A stretch of DNA of 64,000 nt from Octopus sinensis (taxonomy: Eukaryota): contig NC_043001.1 of assembly GCF_006345805.1 (NCBI RefSeq), positions 33,294,001-33,358,000 on the forward strand, given 5' to 3'. Below, piece after piece: positions 1 to 12,379 of the stretch. Both the position numbers and the translations under genes were made by a program. Position 1 is the first letter of the stretch, and every line of letters starts with the position of its first letter. Under the pieces are notes generated by a model. The model did no database searches and was not told the origin of the DNA. It was given only the letters and a program-made list of their open reading frames with translations.

Positions 1-147
1 GTTTCCGTTCTACCGAATTCACTCACAAGGCTTTGGTCGGCCCGAGGCTATAGTAGAAGACACTTTCCCAAGGTGCCACGCAGGGGACTGAACCCGGAAC
101 CGTGTGGTTGGTAAGCAAGCTATATACCACACAGCCACTCCTGCGCC

Positions 148-195
<48 letters not shown>

Positions 196-196
<1 letters not shown>

Positions 197-492
197 AGGC
201 GCAATGGTCCAGTGGTTGGGCAGCGAACTCGCGGTCGTAGGATCGAGGTTTCGATTCCCAGACCGGGCGCTTGTGAGTGTTTATTGAGCGAAAACACCTA
301 AAAGCTCCACGAGGCTCCGGAGGGGGTGGTGATCCCTGCATATATCTTTCACCACTTCTTCCTCACACTCTTTCTTCAGTGGCCTGCTCGCTTAGCCAGC
401 GGGGGGGTGGCGTCATTCGAAGGCTAAAACAATGCGAACGCATTGTGACCAGCGATGTGTAACTACATCTGATGGACTGGTCGGTCACGTGA
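196..492 (+). mobile_element. tRNA-derived SINE, family B (probably tRNA-Arg-like); copies at about 3058-3300(+), 50780-51120(-), 62865-63170(+), 61810-61925 (3' part)
   Basis: A-box TGGTCCAGTGG and B-box GGTTTCGATTCC head followed by a shared non-tRNA body. Confidence 0.75.
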
Positions 493-929
493 TATATATA
501 TATGTATGTATGTATGTATGTATCGATGTATGTCTTTGTGGGATGGGGATGTCTTTATTTTCTTTCTCCCACACACACACCGCTTGACAAGTGTTGGTTA
601 TCATTTCTGCTAGAAAAATCCAATTACTACATGCTATGGTCTGCAAGTACTGGTGATATCTATGAAACCAATAATTCCTTTGTGAATAACGTGAACACCT
701 ATGTTTAAAATGGTTACAATGCTAAGAAACAAAAAAAATAACAACAAGAGGATAATAACATTTTCAGCCGAGTAAACAGAGGAACACAATTTCACTGTCC
801 AACGTGGGAAATCATTTCGTCAAACCGAAAACCTATGCGTCAACGGTTTCTTTCTATCTCTCCTGTTCCACACAAAGAGTGCTTCAAATAGCTAGGCACT
901 GATGAAGATATATCATACGAAGGTGAACA

Positions 930-1380
930 AATGTCGAGTGAACCGAGAATATTTCACCAGACTCTGACAAACGTGCCAATCGGAACTCTCTTCTTACAAA
1001 AAATATTAAAACTCACAATGTATTTACAGAGAATACTTAACAGCTCTGTAGAAGAAATCCACTCCATTGGCATTATACTCGTAAGATCTTCACATCAACT
1101 TAATATTATATAGAAATAATGACATTGTCAGACTTTATCTTACAAGGGATGAAGGTAGTTGAGGTTTCAGATCAGTACAGACAGCTAGTCGCCTGTTAAA
1201 CAGCAGCAATGCTAAGTATATGAGCCGAGCTCTGTGAAACGAAGAGAACAATATCCTACATGTCGGTACTCTCTTCCTGACATCTCCTATACGACCCCAA
1301 AACTGATGGACTAACATACCTCAAACAAGACCGTGCTGCAAAACGCTGAGCACCATGTTTCCTGAAGACTTGAAGATGTC
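930..1380 (+). mobile_element. Highly degenerate RTE-like LINE fragment
   Basis: Remnant resembling the RTE motif VLSSLLYGSETWT around 1262-1315, with indels. Confidence 0.35.
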
Positions 1381-1392
1381 ACTAATATCTGT

Positions 1393-1617
1393 TTCTTTAT
1401 TGCCCACAAGGGGCTAAACATAGAAGGGACAAAGAAGGACAGACAAACGGATTAAGTCGATTACATCGACCCCAGTGCGTAACTGGTACTTAATTTATCG
1501 ACCCCGAAAGGATGAAAGGCAAAGTCGACCTCGGCGGAATTTGAACTCAGAACGCAACGACAGACGCAATACCGCTAAGCATTTCGCCCGGTGTGCTAAC
1601 GTTTCTGCCAGCTCGCT
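1393..1617 (-). mobile_element. SINE family C with a Nin/Deu-like central block; copies at about 34560-34730, 35030-35390, 39278-39500, 43550-43735, 51140-51310, 55880-56110, 63860-64000
   Basis: Shared GTTCTGAGTTCAAATTCCGCCGAGGTCGACTTTGCCTTTCATCCTTTCGGGGTCGATAAAT..AGTACC. Confidence 0.75.
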
Positions 1618-1764
1618 AATATCGATATGAAGTGCAGCCTTCCTTGGACTCACGTCTGGTACATCACATCACACTTGTCAGGCTTAAAATGTAATATTAG
1701 TTTTATCAAATACGGGAGGTACCACTTATACCATAGTCTTCTCCCCCTTCCCCATTACTTACTC

Positions 1765-2211
1765 TCTTTTACTCTTTTACTTGTTTCAGTCATTTGACTG
1801 CGGCCATGCTAGAGCACCGCCTTTAGTCGTACAAATCGACCCCACGACTTATTCTTTGTAAGCCTTAGTACTTATTCCATCGGGTCTTTTGCCGAACCGC
1901 TAGGTTACGAGGACGTACGTAAACACACCAGCATCGGTTGTCAAGCGATGTGGGGAGGAGAACAAACACAGACACACAAAACATATTACACACACCTACA
2001 TATATATATATATATAATATAATATATATATATATATATATATATACGACAGGCTTCTTTCAGTTTCCGTCTACCAAATTCACTCACAAGGCTTTGGTGG
2101 GTCCCGAGGCTATAGTAGAAGACATTTTGCCCTAGGTGTCACGCAGTGGGAATGAACCCAGAACCATGTGCTTGGTAAGCAAGCTACTTACCACATAACC
2201 ACTCCTGCGCC
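1765..2211 (-). mobile_element. SINE family A; further copies at about 1-149, 23800-24190, 51540-52110, 52400-52820, 54490-54890, 55000-55530, 57710-58064, 59560-59960, 60715-60930, 63195-63640
   Basis: Repeated GACTGCGGCCATGCTGGAGCACCGCC, GCCGAACCGCTAAG and CCACTCACAAGGCTTTGGTCGG blocks. Confidence 0.85.
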
Positions 2212-2224
2212 TTATTTTTTTCTT

Positions 2225-2925
2225 TTTTATTTAATTATCCATTGAAACGGTTTTAACTTTTGCCCTCAGTTCAAATATAATTGACCAGTTGTAGGGATCG
2301 CTAGACTTAGACCCGTCCCATTGCGGACAACAGGTGGTGTTCTCTGTAATATTTCTGTAAGTGCACTATCATAAGAACCCTACGGTAATGTTCTAGATAA
2401 ATACCAGCTAGAGATTTTTACGTTAGCATGGGTAATGCCCTTTCATAAACATGTTAGTAATTTTCTTGCATAATCATTATTACTTTTTTTTTTTGCCAAT
2501 TTCTTTTCACAACTTTTTTTTTAATATTGGTTTCCGCTTTATATGAAATTAACCCGAAAAAATGTTTTCCCTAGACCATTGCTATATCACTCTTTTACCT
2601 ACGGACTTCGAAGCCCTATCATGGAAGGTTGTATGATTTTAATATATTCGGCTTCCAGACTTCTCTAGGCCATGTTTTCTTTTCTATTCCCTCTTCCTTT
2701 TGTTTATTTTGGACGCTTTTGTATTCACTCAGATTAAGCTCCATCTTCTAGTTCGAATATTCTATGAAGATGAAGAATATTATTTTCGCAATTCTTCCGT
2801 AGGCACTGACAGGCATCGGAAGCGGAAACGGCCGTAAGAATTGTTATGTCATGTTTTGTATTAATGATAAGCTATAGATGAGGTCCTATTGATTTGTTGA
2901 TCTGAGATTTTCTCCATTTTCCGAT
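2225..2925 (+). repeat. Interspersed repeat (Penelope pLTR-like), homologous to about 25660-26410
   Basis: Shared blocks (AAACGGTTTTAACTTTT..GTTCAAATATAATTGACC, CTAGACCA.TGCTA, GGAAGCGGAAACGG) and a degenerate hammerhead motif. Confidence 0.65.
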
Positions 2926-2972
2926 AGTATGTATACACACACACACACACACACACCACACACACACACACT

Positions 2973-3033
<61 letters not shown>

Positions 3034-4352
3034 ATATATATAATATATATATATGAGTGGAGGTGCAATGGCGCAGTGGTTAGGGCAGCGGACTCGCAGT
3101 CGTTGGGCGTTGTGAGTGTCTATTGAGCGAAAATACCGAAGGCTCCACAAGGCACTGCCTGGCGGTGGTGGTGAACGCTGCTGTACTCTTTCACCACAAC
3201 TTTCTCTCAATCCTTCTTCCTATTTCGAAAGGTCAGCCTTGTCACATTCTGTGTCATGCTAAATCTCCCCAAGAACTATGTTAATGGTACACGTCTTTAG
3301 TGGAAATCACTTTGTCACAAACATTCAATTTAGATCTTCGTTTTGAGAAGAAATAACTGTCTCCGTTCCCCTCACCGGTGTCAGATGTCACAGGTGTTAT
3401 CTGTCTCTGTCTGATTAAGCTGCTATACAAATGTATAATTTATTGGAAACTGAAACTTTACAAACCAACATGATTAATATATTTGAATATCATAACGAAC
3501 AGTGTGGAGCCGGGAAGCTTAGTGGTTCAGGTGTTTAATTCTTGATCTTAAGATTGTTGCTTCGATTCCTGAACCAGGCAATGTTTTTTTGTTTTTTCTT
3601 ATTCAAAAGCAAAACAAATCGTTTCACGTTGTTTCATTCCATTCAGCTGGCAAAAACGAATAATCCTGCGACAGGGGCCTGCATCATGAGCCTATGACTC
3701 ACAGACGATTCTTTTCTTACAACGAACTGTGGTTTGATGATATGAGGAAGAGGAATCCTATAGCACGACACTTTAATCATTGCTTGAAAAATATGAAATA
3801 CAATGCTGTTGAAGTTTAGCGTAGTAAAGTTAAATTATACAAAATAAATTACATTAGGTTGGACAACATCTTATGAATTTGATTCTAAAAAATATGTGTA
3901 TTTATACAAAAATGTAAAAAGAGACTCCATTAATTTCGTGTATGTATAAATCTAACGGGGCAATGAGCTTTTTAAGTATCCTTAAAATCTTGAAATTTTA
4001 TTCTATGTTTTCTGAATATTCATCTACATAGAATATATATTGTTGCTTGAATAAGCCATTAAGCTTAATCATTTTTAAATAGCTTATTTTTACGCGTATA
4101 TGCTGATTGTTAGTCTTATCAACCGTATACTTGAAATAATATTGTAAGGTACCTTTTTAGATGAGATTGGAAGTAAAATTGAAAAGTAATAGCTCAGAAA
4201 CAGCTTTTGGGGTAACCCATCTTTCAGTTTGAACTACGGGCACATAAGGTAACTGTAATTTCTTCAATTTTTTATGAAATACAACTCCGAAAATATTCTT
4301 AAAAGAAATTCAATTAAGACAAACTACTTTGATTGTAAGAAATTCCAAGTTC

Positions 4353-5432
4353 CTGGAATCATTTTACTAAAAACATACATCAAATGCAATTTATATTTTT
4401 ATTTAAAATTCAAACGCAATAGTATAGTCTCTTCTACTTGCAAATGTATAAAGTCGATTATTTTCTTAACAGTAATAACCTTCTGAATCCTGCAATACCC
4501 TGTTTTCAAATCAATAAAGGTAACAGCAATGTACCTAGCAGTTTATTAGAATTAAGCGGGAATAACTTTAAATTTAGCAATTTATTCATATATTCAAAAC
4601 GAGTAAAAGATTTTAACAAGCTTCTCAAAGTATATTTGGTTTCTAAGGCAACAGCAATAGCAGAATTTAAAACATCGTATGGTCACTTCACGGCATGCTA
4701 CTCATGTGCTCATAGCAGTTTTTGTTTAAGTTTACGCTTTAAATTTTGTTTAGTTAAGGAATTACTTATATTACCTTTAGACACCTATTCATTAAATGAA
4801 CGACAAAATATGTTACGCCAATTTAAGCAAACATTTTTCATTTTGATATTACATAGTCACAAACCAAATGGTTTATTGAAGTAGCAATATATACTGCATA
4901 TATTTGAATATCTGGAAAAATTCGAATAATAAACTTTTGATTAGTGCACATATGAATTGTAGACTATAACAAGAAATCTTTTAGTCTAATTCTAAGAAAA
5001 TAAACAAACGGACATAATGTGAGGCAGAAAACTTATGAATTCATAGCAGTTGATTATTGAAGCCAAGTTCTTTTAGATAAACTTATCTGTCAGGAAAACT
5101 GCTATGAGCACATAAGTGGCATGCCGTGAAGTGACCATACAATTTTAAATGCTGCTATAACTGTTGTCTTAGAAACCAAATATACTTTGAGAAGCTTGTT
5201 AAAATATTTTACTCGTTTTGAATATATGAATAAATTGCTAAATTTAAAGTTATTACCGCTTAATTCTAATAAATTGCTAGGTACATTGCTGTTACCTTTA
5301 TTGATTTGGAAACAGGATATTGCAGAATTCAGAAGATTATTACTGTTAAGAAAATAATCGACTTTATACATTTGCAAGTAGAAAAGACTGTACTATTGCG
5401 TTTGAATGCGTTTTTTAGTAAAATGATTCCAA
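4353..5432. repeat. Long inverted repeat, possibly a fold-back element (arms about 4353-4722 and 5093-5432, ~370-bp spacer)
   Basis: ORF-track entries 4438+ and 5102- translate almost identically, and direct comparison shows high-identity inverted arms. Confidence 0.85.
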
Positions 5433-5705
5433 GTATGCTGTCTTCCATTTTAAAATCAGTTACTAGTTCCGCCATCATATAGCCGTGTCGACCATAAAAC
5501 TATTGTATTAGTATACTTTAGTCAAAGGCAAATTCAACATTTGAATATTAAAAATAAAAACAAATGTTTAATGATGGTTAAGAATGTAAACACAAAAAGA
5601 TTATCCTAAATATTTAACAGACCTATATATACATATGTGCATGTATGTGCATGTGTGTGTGTGAGGGTATGTAATGTATGTATGTATGTATGTATGCATG
5701 AATGT

Positions 5706-5739
<34 letters not shown>

Positions 5740-7094
5740 GCACACAATCACACACATTAATACCCATATTGTCGCATCCAACGCATACATAAAAGCATAC
5801 ATGTATATCTAGACACACTCATACAAATGCGTATAGTACGCATACTCATATACACTCATACACACAGCAGTACAGACATATATAATTATACATAAATTTT
5901 TATTTACAATATGACCAGTATATGAATATGTGTGTGTGTGGGGGGGGGTGCGGGTGCATTGTTGTGTGTGGTGTGCTGTAAATGTGGCATTTGGCTAGAA
6001 ATTTCTCATTAATAAGCTTTCAGGGCAACAGCTAGCATGTAAAAATATCCGCTCTGATCAAGATAAATAATATAAAAAAGGTAAATTACCATAAATTTTT
6101 AATTCAAATTTACACCATTACTCTTTTAAGCAAACCTTTCTCCGTGGAAACTATAGTTTTCAACCTCTTTGTTGTACATTTCCAATTTCATTTCATAATA
6201 GAATGATTTCCAAATAAGAAAGAGCTTGCTTTTTATACATAGTTTTTATATTTATATATAGAATTTATGTAGCCTAGAAAGAAACATTTTCAAAATGCAA
6301 TTTATATTTTTATTTTTAAAATTTCATTAATTAATATTATTGCCGTTATCTTCTTTAGTTCTAGTTTCTACTGTTTCAGCATTCAGAATTCCATCCTACC
6401 AGGCGTCCGTAGCAATGCATAAAATGAAAAACTGACTGGAGTCCTTGTTTATGTTTTCGTAATTCAGCGGTTCGGCAAAAGAAGATGGCAGAATAAGAAC
6501 CAGGCTTTAAAATAAATAAGTCCTGGGGGTGTTCGACTATCCTTTTAGGGTGGTTCCCCAGTAAGATCGAGGTCCAACAAATGAAACAAAGAAAAAGTAA
6601 AAGACAAGACAATTCCGTAATCTAACCGTCAAATCTCTATCAGAACTATCTCGGCTTCTGTCTACCATATTGTCCCGCTTCATGGATTGTGCCCCACATG
6701 GAATATGTGCAAAATTATCTGAAGCGGAACTCTGTTGTAATAAAAATGTCTTTCCTTTGCACAAGATAGGTTTGGTTACATTAATAACTTCTGATTTAGG
6801 CGCAAGGACAGTAAAGTTGAGGGGAGAACGTAGATCGATGCCATCAATCTCAGTACTTAACCGATACTTTATTTTCTTAAGCTCAAAAGGATGAGAGGAA
6901 AAAGGTGGCCCTGGCGCGATTTCAGCTCTGAAGATAAAGAACAGGAACAAATAACAAGGAATTTTCTCCGACGCTCTACCGATTCTGCCAACTGTTACAA
7001 TAATATGAAATTTACAAGAATACAAAGGAAATAATAGTTTTCCATGTAAAATTACTTCATTGCTTAAAATTTCTATTTGCTTTTTCAGACAAAC

Positions 7095-7185
7095 ATGCTA
7101 AGGCTCATTCATTGGCTCTTCCTCATATGTGTAGGACTCGGAGTGAGAGCAGGCCACCACCCAGATCATCATGATATACCATCCG
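7095..7185 (+). CDS. Kunitz gene 1, first coding exon: signal peptide plus His-rich N-terminus (MLRLIHWLFLICVGLGVRA|GHHPDHHDIPS)
   Basis: Acceptor tttttcAG at 7087-88, ATG at 7095, hydrophobic signal-like core, donor CCG|GTAAGT at 7186. The 91-nt exon ends in phase 1 and joins exon 2 in frame (G+AG=Glu, then Cys). Confidence 0.85.
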
Positions 7186-7465
7186 GTAAGTGATCCTGAT
7201 GAAAGGAAAATTCTTTTGATTTCCCTCACTATAATACATGACGTCAGTTGTAAAACGAATTATACTCATTTCGCGCGCGCACGCACGCACACACACACAC
7301 ACACACATGTATATGCCTGTTTAGTGTTAATGGTCGGAAGAAAGAGTAGTGAATGCCAGAGTAAAAATTAATATTTGTTATTTTGCTCGAGTCAGTAATA
7401 ACTTGCTTGAAGCCCAGAGTAGCAAAGAGGCTGAGTTGCCCAACATACTACTTCTACTATTATAC

Positions 7466-7496
<31 letters not shown>

Positions 7497-7497
<1 letters not shown>

Positions 7498-7824
7498 TAC
7501 CTGTTGTCATCAGCGAAAGGGGCTGATTGCTACCTAACTCAGATACCAAGAAACCCAAAAATGGCAGAAATTTATAAGATAGTGCTCATGGGAACTGCTC
7601 ATATCCTACGCAAAATACTTTCTATGTAATCTCAGGGTTTAAAACCAAAAATAATTTTCGTTTTTTTTTTTTCAAACATTCACTAGTACAACACCAAAAG
7701 AAAAGAAAAACAAACATACGGCACACCAGGCATAACAACATGAACTTCCAACCTGTTGTCTCTTGACGTCTCTGGGTGAGACTTGGAGCCAACTTGTACA
7801 AATATAAGGCAAAAGTCAAACATA

Positions 7825-7825
<1 letters not shown>
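7497..7825 (+). mobile_element. 3' fragment of an R4/Dong-like non-LTR retrotransposon between (TAA)n tracts
   Basis: Encodes ...EIYKIVLMGTAHILRKILSM*, like the C-terminus of the neighbouring element, and is flanked by TAA runs. Confidence 0.7.
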
Positions 7826-7860
<35 letters not shown>

Positions 7861-7861
<1 letters not shown>

Positions 7862-9806
7862 TTCAAACTTCCTGAAGCACAATATGTCGTTGTGGAATAC
7901 GAATCTCCAATTATACCACTCTAATGGAGTACTTGCCTCAGAAAATATAAACATCAACTGTGGAATTTTTCAAGGTGACTCACTTTCACCTTTAATATTT
8001 TGCATAGCTCTAATACCCCTTACAAGTGAATTAAACAGAACAAGGTATGGGTATAAAATTGCCAATAAAAAAATAAGCCATCTATTTTATATGGATGACT
8101 TAAAACTTTATGGTAAAGACATAATGAACTTGAAGGCCTATTGCGCACCGTGAAATCATTCAGCGATGACATCGGGATGGAGTTTGGACTTGAGAAGTGT
8201 GTCAAGGCCACTTTCCAGAAAGGGAAAGTGAAGACCACAAATTCAGTCGTGTTAGATGTTGACACAGTCATAAGAGAGCTTGAGCAAGAACAAACATACA
8301 AATATTTAGGGATAAATGAGGCTCTGGTATTCAGCATGCAAGCATGAAAGAGAAAATCAGGAAGGAATGTTATAGGAGAGTTCGTGCAGTCCTGAAATCT
8401 GAACTAAATGCACGTACAAGGTGTTAGCTATAAATTCCCTAGCAGTTCCAGTTGTTACTTATAGCTACAATGTGTTGAACTGGAATATGAGTGAAGTAAA
8501 GAATATAGATAGAAAAATACGCAAGCTGCTGAGTTGTAATAGGATGCACCACCCAAGGCAGACGTAGATCGCCTTTACCTTCCCAGAGCCCAAGGAGGTC
8601 GAGGCCTGATCCAATTTGAACTAGCTTACAAAACAACCACAATTGGACTGGCCAAATATCTCGAAATATCGAATGACTGGATGCTAAAGCTCGTGGAAAA
8701 TCACGAGAGACGAAAGAAGCTTCATTCTATCATCAAGGAAAGCAAAACATTTGCTTTTGATCTCGTGCAGGATACCCAAACTGAACAACCCGAGGGAAGT
8801 ACGGCAACTATTGTTGCAAAGAAGGTGAAAATGATGGCAATGAAAAAAGCGCACGAGCAATTGGCTGATAGGTGGGAGGAGAAACCTCTGCACGGCAAAT
8901 ATGTGACCCGCAGCAAATGATGTTGACCAGAAGCAAACCCATCAGTGGCTGCGGAGCTCAGGGCTAAAAGCAGAGAGCGAAGGTTTCATCCTGGCTGCTC
9001 AAGACCAAAGCCTATCAACCCGGAACTACCAGGCCAATGTGATGAAAAATGGAGCAGACCCAAAATGCCGATTCTGCAACGACATGATTGAAACAGTGGA
9101 CCACCTAATCTCTGGATGTAAAGTCTTAGCACCAGTGGAGTATAAATTAAGACATGACAGAGTTGGCCAATATCTCCACTGGCTAATAAGTCGGCATTAC
9201 AATATCAAAACTGCCGACAAGTGGTATAATCACCACCCTGAGGCTATAACTGAAGGAGAAAATGTAACCATTCTGTGGGACTTTCCAGTACATACAGACC
9301 GAACCATCAAGGCCAATAAACCAGATATTGTTGTGAAAGACCAAAACAATAAAGTTTGCTTATTGATCGACATGAGCATCCCCTGTGATCATAATATCTC
9401 AGCGAAAGAGTTTGACAAGCTCAGAAAATATAAAGACCTACTCATTGAAATTGAGAAAATGTGGCATCTCAAGGCGGTTACAATACCAGTGATCGTAGGA
9501 GCACTAGGAATGATCAAGAAGGGAACCGAAAATTATATGAGAATGATCCCCGGCTTACCATCCCTGCAAGAAGTGCAAAAGATTGTCTTAACTGGTACAT
9601 CACACGTATTGAGAAGAGCATTGTCGATGTGAGAACTGTTGCTGCTCATGCATTTTAACTTAACTTAAAAAAAAAAAAAAAAAATGAACGAACTACTGAG
9701 TTTGGTTTAATGGCCTACCAATATACACTATGAGTTTCTTTGCCCTAGGAGTCGGGAAGACACTCGGCAAGAAATGGAAGAAAATTTGAAAGAAGAAAAA
9801 AAAAAG
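7861..9806 (+). mobile_element. 5'-truncated R4/Dong-clade non-LTR retrotransposon (RT, CCHC knuckle, restriction-like endonuclease), frameshifted
   Basis: GIFQGDSLSP and YMDDLK RT motifs, CRFC..H..C knuckle, ANKPDIV..LLID..KY.DL endonuclease motif. Begins and ends at (TAA)n. Confidence 0.9.
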
Positions 9807-10188
9807 TAATAATAATAATAATTTCTTTATTATCCACTCGGGGCTTAAAGGAATAAAAACTATAAGGATGGTACAAACGGTACAGGGTGGTACAGTGTGG
9901 CTTTTAGCGTGTAAAATTCATAAGAAATATAAAAACAAATCCGGAAAAACTAAATTCCTCGATACGAGGGCGTACTTCTGAGGGTCACACATAGAAGAAG
10001 ACCACAAAAATACACGATCACTCTGACCGCCAAGGCCAGTGCCTTCTCACAGCCTTCTCCCTCCAATCTACAGGCGCATACTCAGTGGATGATATTATTA
10101 TTATTATTATCATTATTATTATTATTATTATTATCATTATTATTATTATTATTAATTATTATTATTATTATTATTATCATCATCATCG

Positions 10189-10249
<61 letters not shown>

Positions 10250-10250
<1 letters not shown>

Positions 10251-10830
10251 TAGTTTTATTTTTATAGCGTGCTTTCACTTCACTACCGAGCGCAGCTCTG
10301 TGTGCCTTAAGTATGTGCTGTTATTTGTTGTGATGCTCTGATGGTTATTGTATGGAAAGTGTTCTGCATAGGATGTGTGCAGTGCCTAGTAGTGCAATTT
10401 TCTGTATGTTATATGTGTTTGTAAGTCCTGGTGTTTTTGTTATGTAATTGTCTGAATATTTTTTTATCATGCGTAATGCACCTACTATGATAGGAATTGT
10501 TTCTGTTTTTAGATTCCACATTCTGGTTACCTCTATTTCCAGGTCTTTGTATTTTGAGAGTTTCTCCATTTCTTTTAGAGACACGTTGTCATCTGCCGGT
10601 ATTGATACATCAATTAGAAAGCATTTTTTTCTTCATGATCTCTGACAACTATATCTGGTCTGTTGGCCTTAATTTCTCTATCTGTGTGTATCGGCATATC
10701 CCAGAGTATGGTTGCTTTCTCGTTTTCTGTAACCTTTTCTGGTGTGTGCCTATACCATCTTTTTTCTGTTGTTATTCCATAATGTTGGCATAGCTTCCAG
10801 TGTATGTAGGTTCCAACTCTGTCATGTCTG
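10250..10830 (-). mobile_element. 3' fragment of a second R4/Dong-like family (endonuclease tail) within (ATT)n arrays
   Basis: ORF 10345..10584 KYKDLEIEVTRMWNLKTETIPIIVGAL...GTAHILCRTLSIQ, with upstream RPDI-type motifs. Flanked by (ATT)n at 10091-10248 and 10831-10940. Confidence 0.85.
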
Positions 10831-10845
10831 TGATTATTATTGTTA

Positions 10846-10877
<32 letters not shown>

Positions 10878-10944
10878 TTATTATTATTATTATTATTATT
10901 ATTATCATCATTAATATTCTTATCATTATTATTATTATTTATAC

Positions 10945-11500
10945 CCATTAATTCGGGTGATGCTCGTCTCTCTCACCCGCCTTTCAGCAAACTGCATGGA
11001 AGCCAGTACTTCCCTGTCTACCCGGATTTTCCTCTTCAAGTGAAACCTGAAAAAGTTAATCAGGTCTTCGCTGATTAGGAAAGTGCTGGCCTTCATCCCT
11101 TTCAGACTGGGATGCGGCGGGTAAATCTTCGAAATGGACTCAGCCGATAGCTGGAACCTTCCTACATGTGACTGTAGGTGTTCGACATAAACACACGAGT
11201 CAACAATGCTCAGACACTGGATGAGGGCGTGCAGGACTGTTTCGTCGCCCTACGCGCAACTTGGACAAGCTCGACTGACAGCACTTCCATACCTGTAGAG
11301 TTTATCTCGAACTGGCCGTGCTTTCCCGTACCACTGCCAGGCTAGGGATTTCTGGAAGTTATCTATGGGCCCTGGACCGAAAGTCCTCCGGAACAGACTA
11401 GCTAGTTGATTCTTGTTGGTGCCAGAGTCCCCCAGAGAACGCCATCATTTTTGTCTTCCACTAACCTTCTATAGAATGCCAAGGTGGAGCTTTCACTGAT
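10945..11500 (-). mobile_element. Degenerate non-LTR retrotransposon 3' remnant (possibly Tx1/L1-like)
   Basis: Higher-GC sequence with an interrupted protein-like reading frame, bounded by microsatellites. Family assignment is tentative. Confidence 0.35.
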
Positions 11501-11764
11501 CGTTCTGCCCAACTGATGTATGTCTCTCATTGTCTGCCAGTCTCTCTCTCTCTCTCTCTCCCTCTCTCTCTCTCTCCCTCTCTGTCTCTCTCTCTCCCTC
11601 TTTATCTCTCCTTCTCCCTCTCTCTCCCCCTCTCTCCCTTCCTCTCTTTCGCTCGGTCGCTCGCGCTCTCTATTCTTTATATTCTTTATATTATTATGCA
11701 TAACCATAATTGTTTTCTCGAATGACAGTTCTAAAATATAAACGTATTTGCGTGAGGATATATA

Positions 11765-11847
<83 letters not shown>

Positions 11848-11891
11848 GTATGTATATGCATAGATATATATATATGCATAGATATGTACTA

Positions 11892-11931
<40 letters not shown>

Positions 11932-12168
11932 TCCCTCTCTCTATATACATACCTATGTCTATCTATCTATTCTTTATATGTATATATATTATTATGCAGA
12001 AGCGTGATTTTTTTCTCGTTCGAATGATGATAGTAGTTCGAATCCCGATTTTTATCATCTTAATTTAGGCACACATGAATTGAAAGTATCAAATTATATT
12101 AGTAAGATTAAACACAAGTAAATACCAATTTGAAACGAACAAAGAATTTTAATGCTTTGTATTTTTAG

Positions 12169-12379
12169 AGTGTACATTACCAGCGGAACTTGGATCCTGC
12201 ACATTCCCTCCCAGTAAACGCTGGTATTTCGATATAAAATCCGAAACCTGTAAGAAGTTTTGGTATACATGTGGAGGAAATAGTAATAATTTCCTGTCTC
12301 GCGAAGAATGCATTGGAGTGTGTACAAATGTTTGTAGTTTGCCTGTAGTAATTGGAACAGGTTGGGGAACTATGAGAAG
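12169..12379 (+). CDS. Kunitz gene 1 exon 2: Kunitz domain 1 (CTLPAELGSCTFPPSKRWYFDIKSETCKKFWYTCGGNSNNFLSREECIGVC) plus N-half of domain 2 (TNVCSLPVVIGTGWGTMR)
   Basis: Acceptor tttgtatttttAG at 12167-68, donor AAG|GTAAAG at 12380. Open 211 nt, phase 1 to phase 2, with Kunitz motifs (six Cys, R-W-Y-F, GGNxNNF). Same length as gene 2 exon 2. Confidence 0.92.

Noticed and set aside
196-270. tRNA-like cloverleaf heads (also about 3060, 51050-51120 and 62870)
   Set aside because: They continue into a shared non-tRNA body and lack a proper acceptor stem, so they are SINE heads rather than tRNA genes.
4438-4884. 148-aa ORF and its inverted 91-aa twin treated as a gene pair
   Set aside because: No recognisable domain or splice structure. 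The similarity is explained by the inverted repeat.
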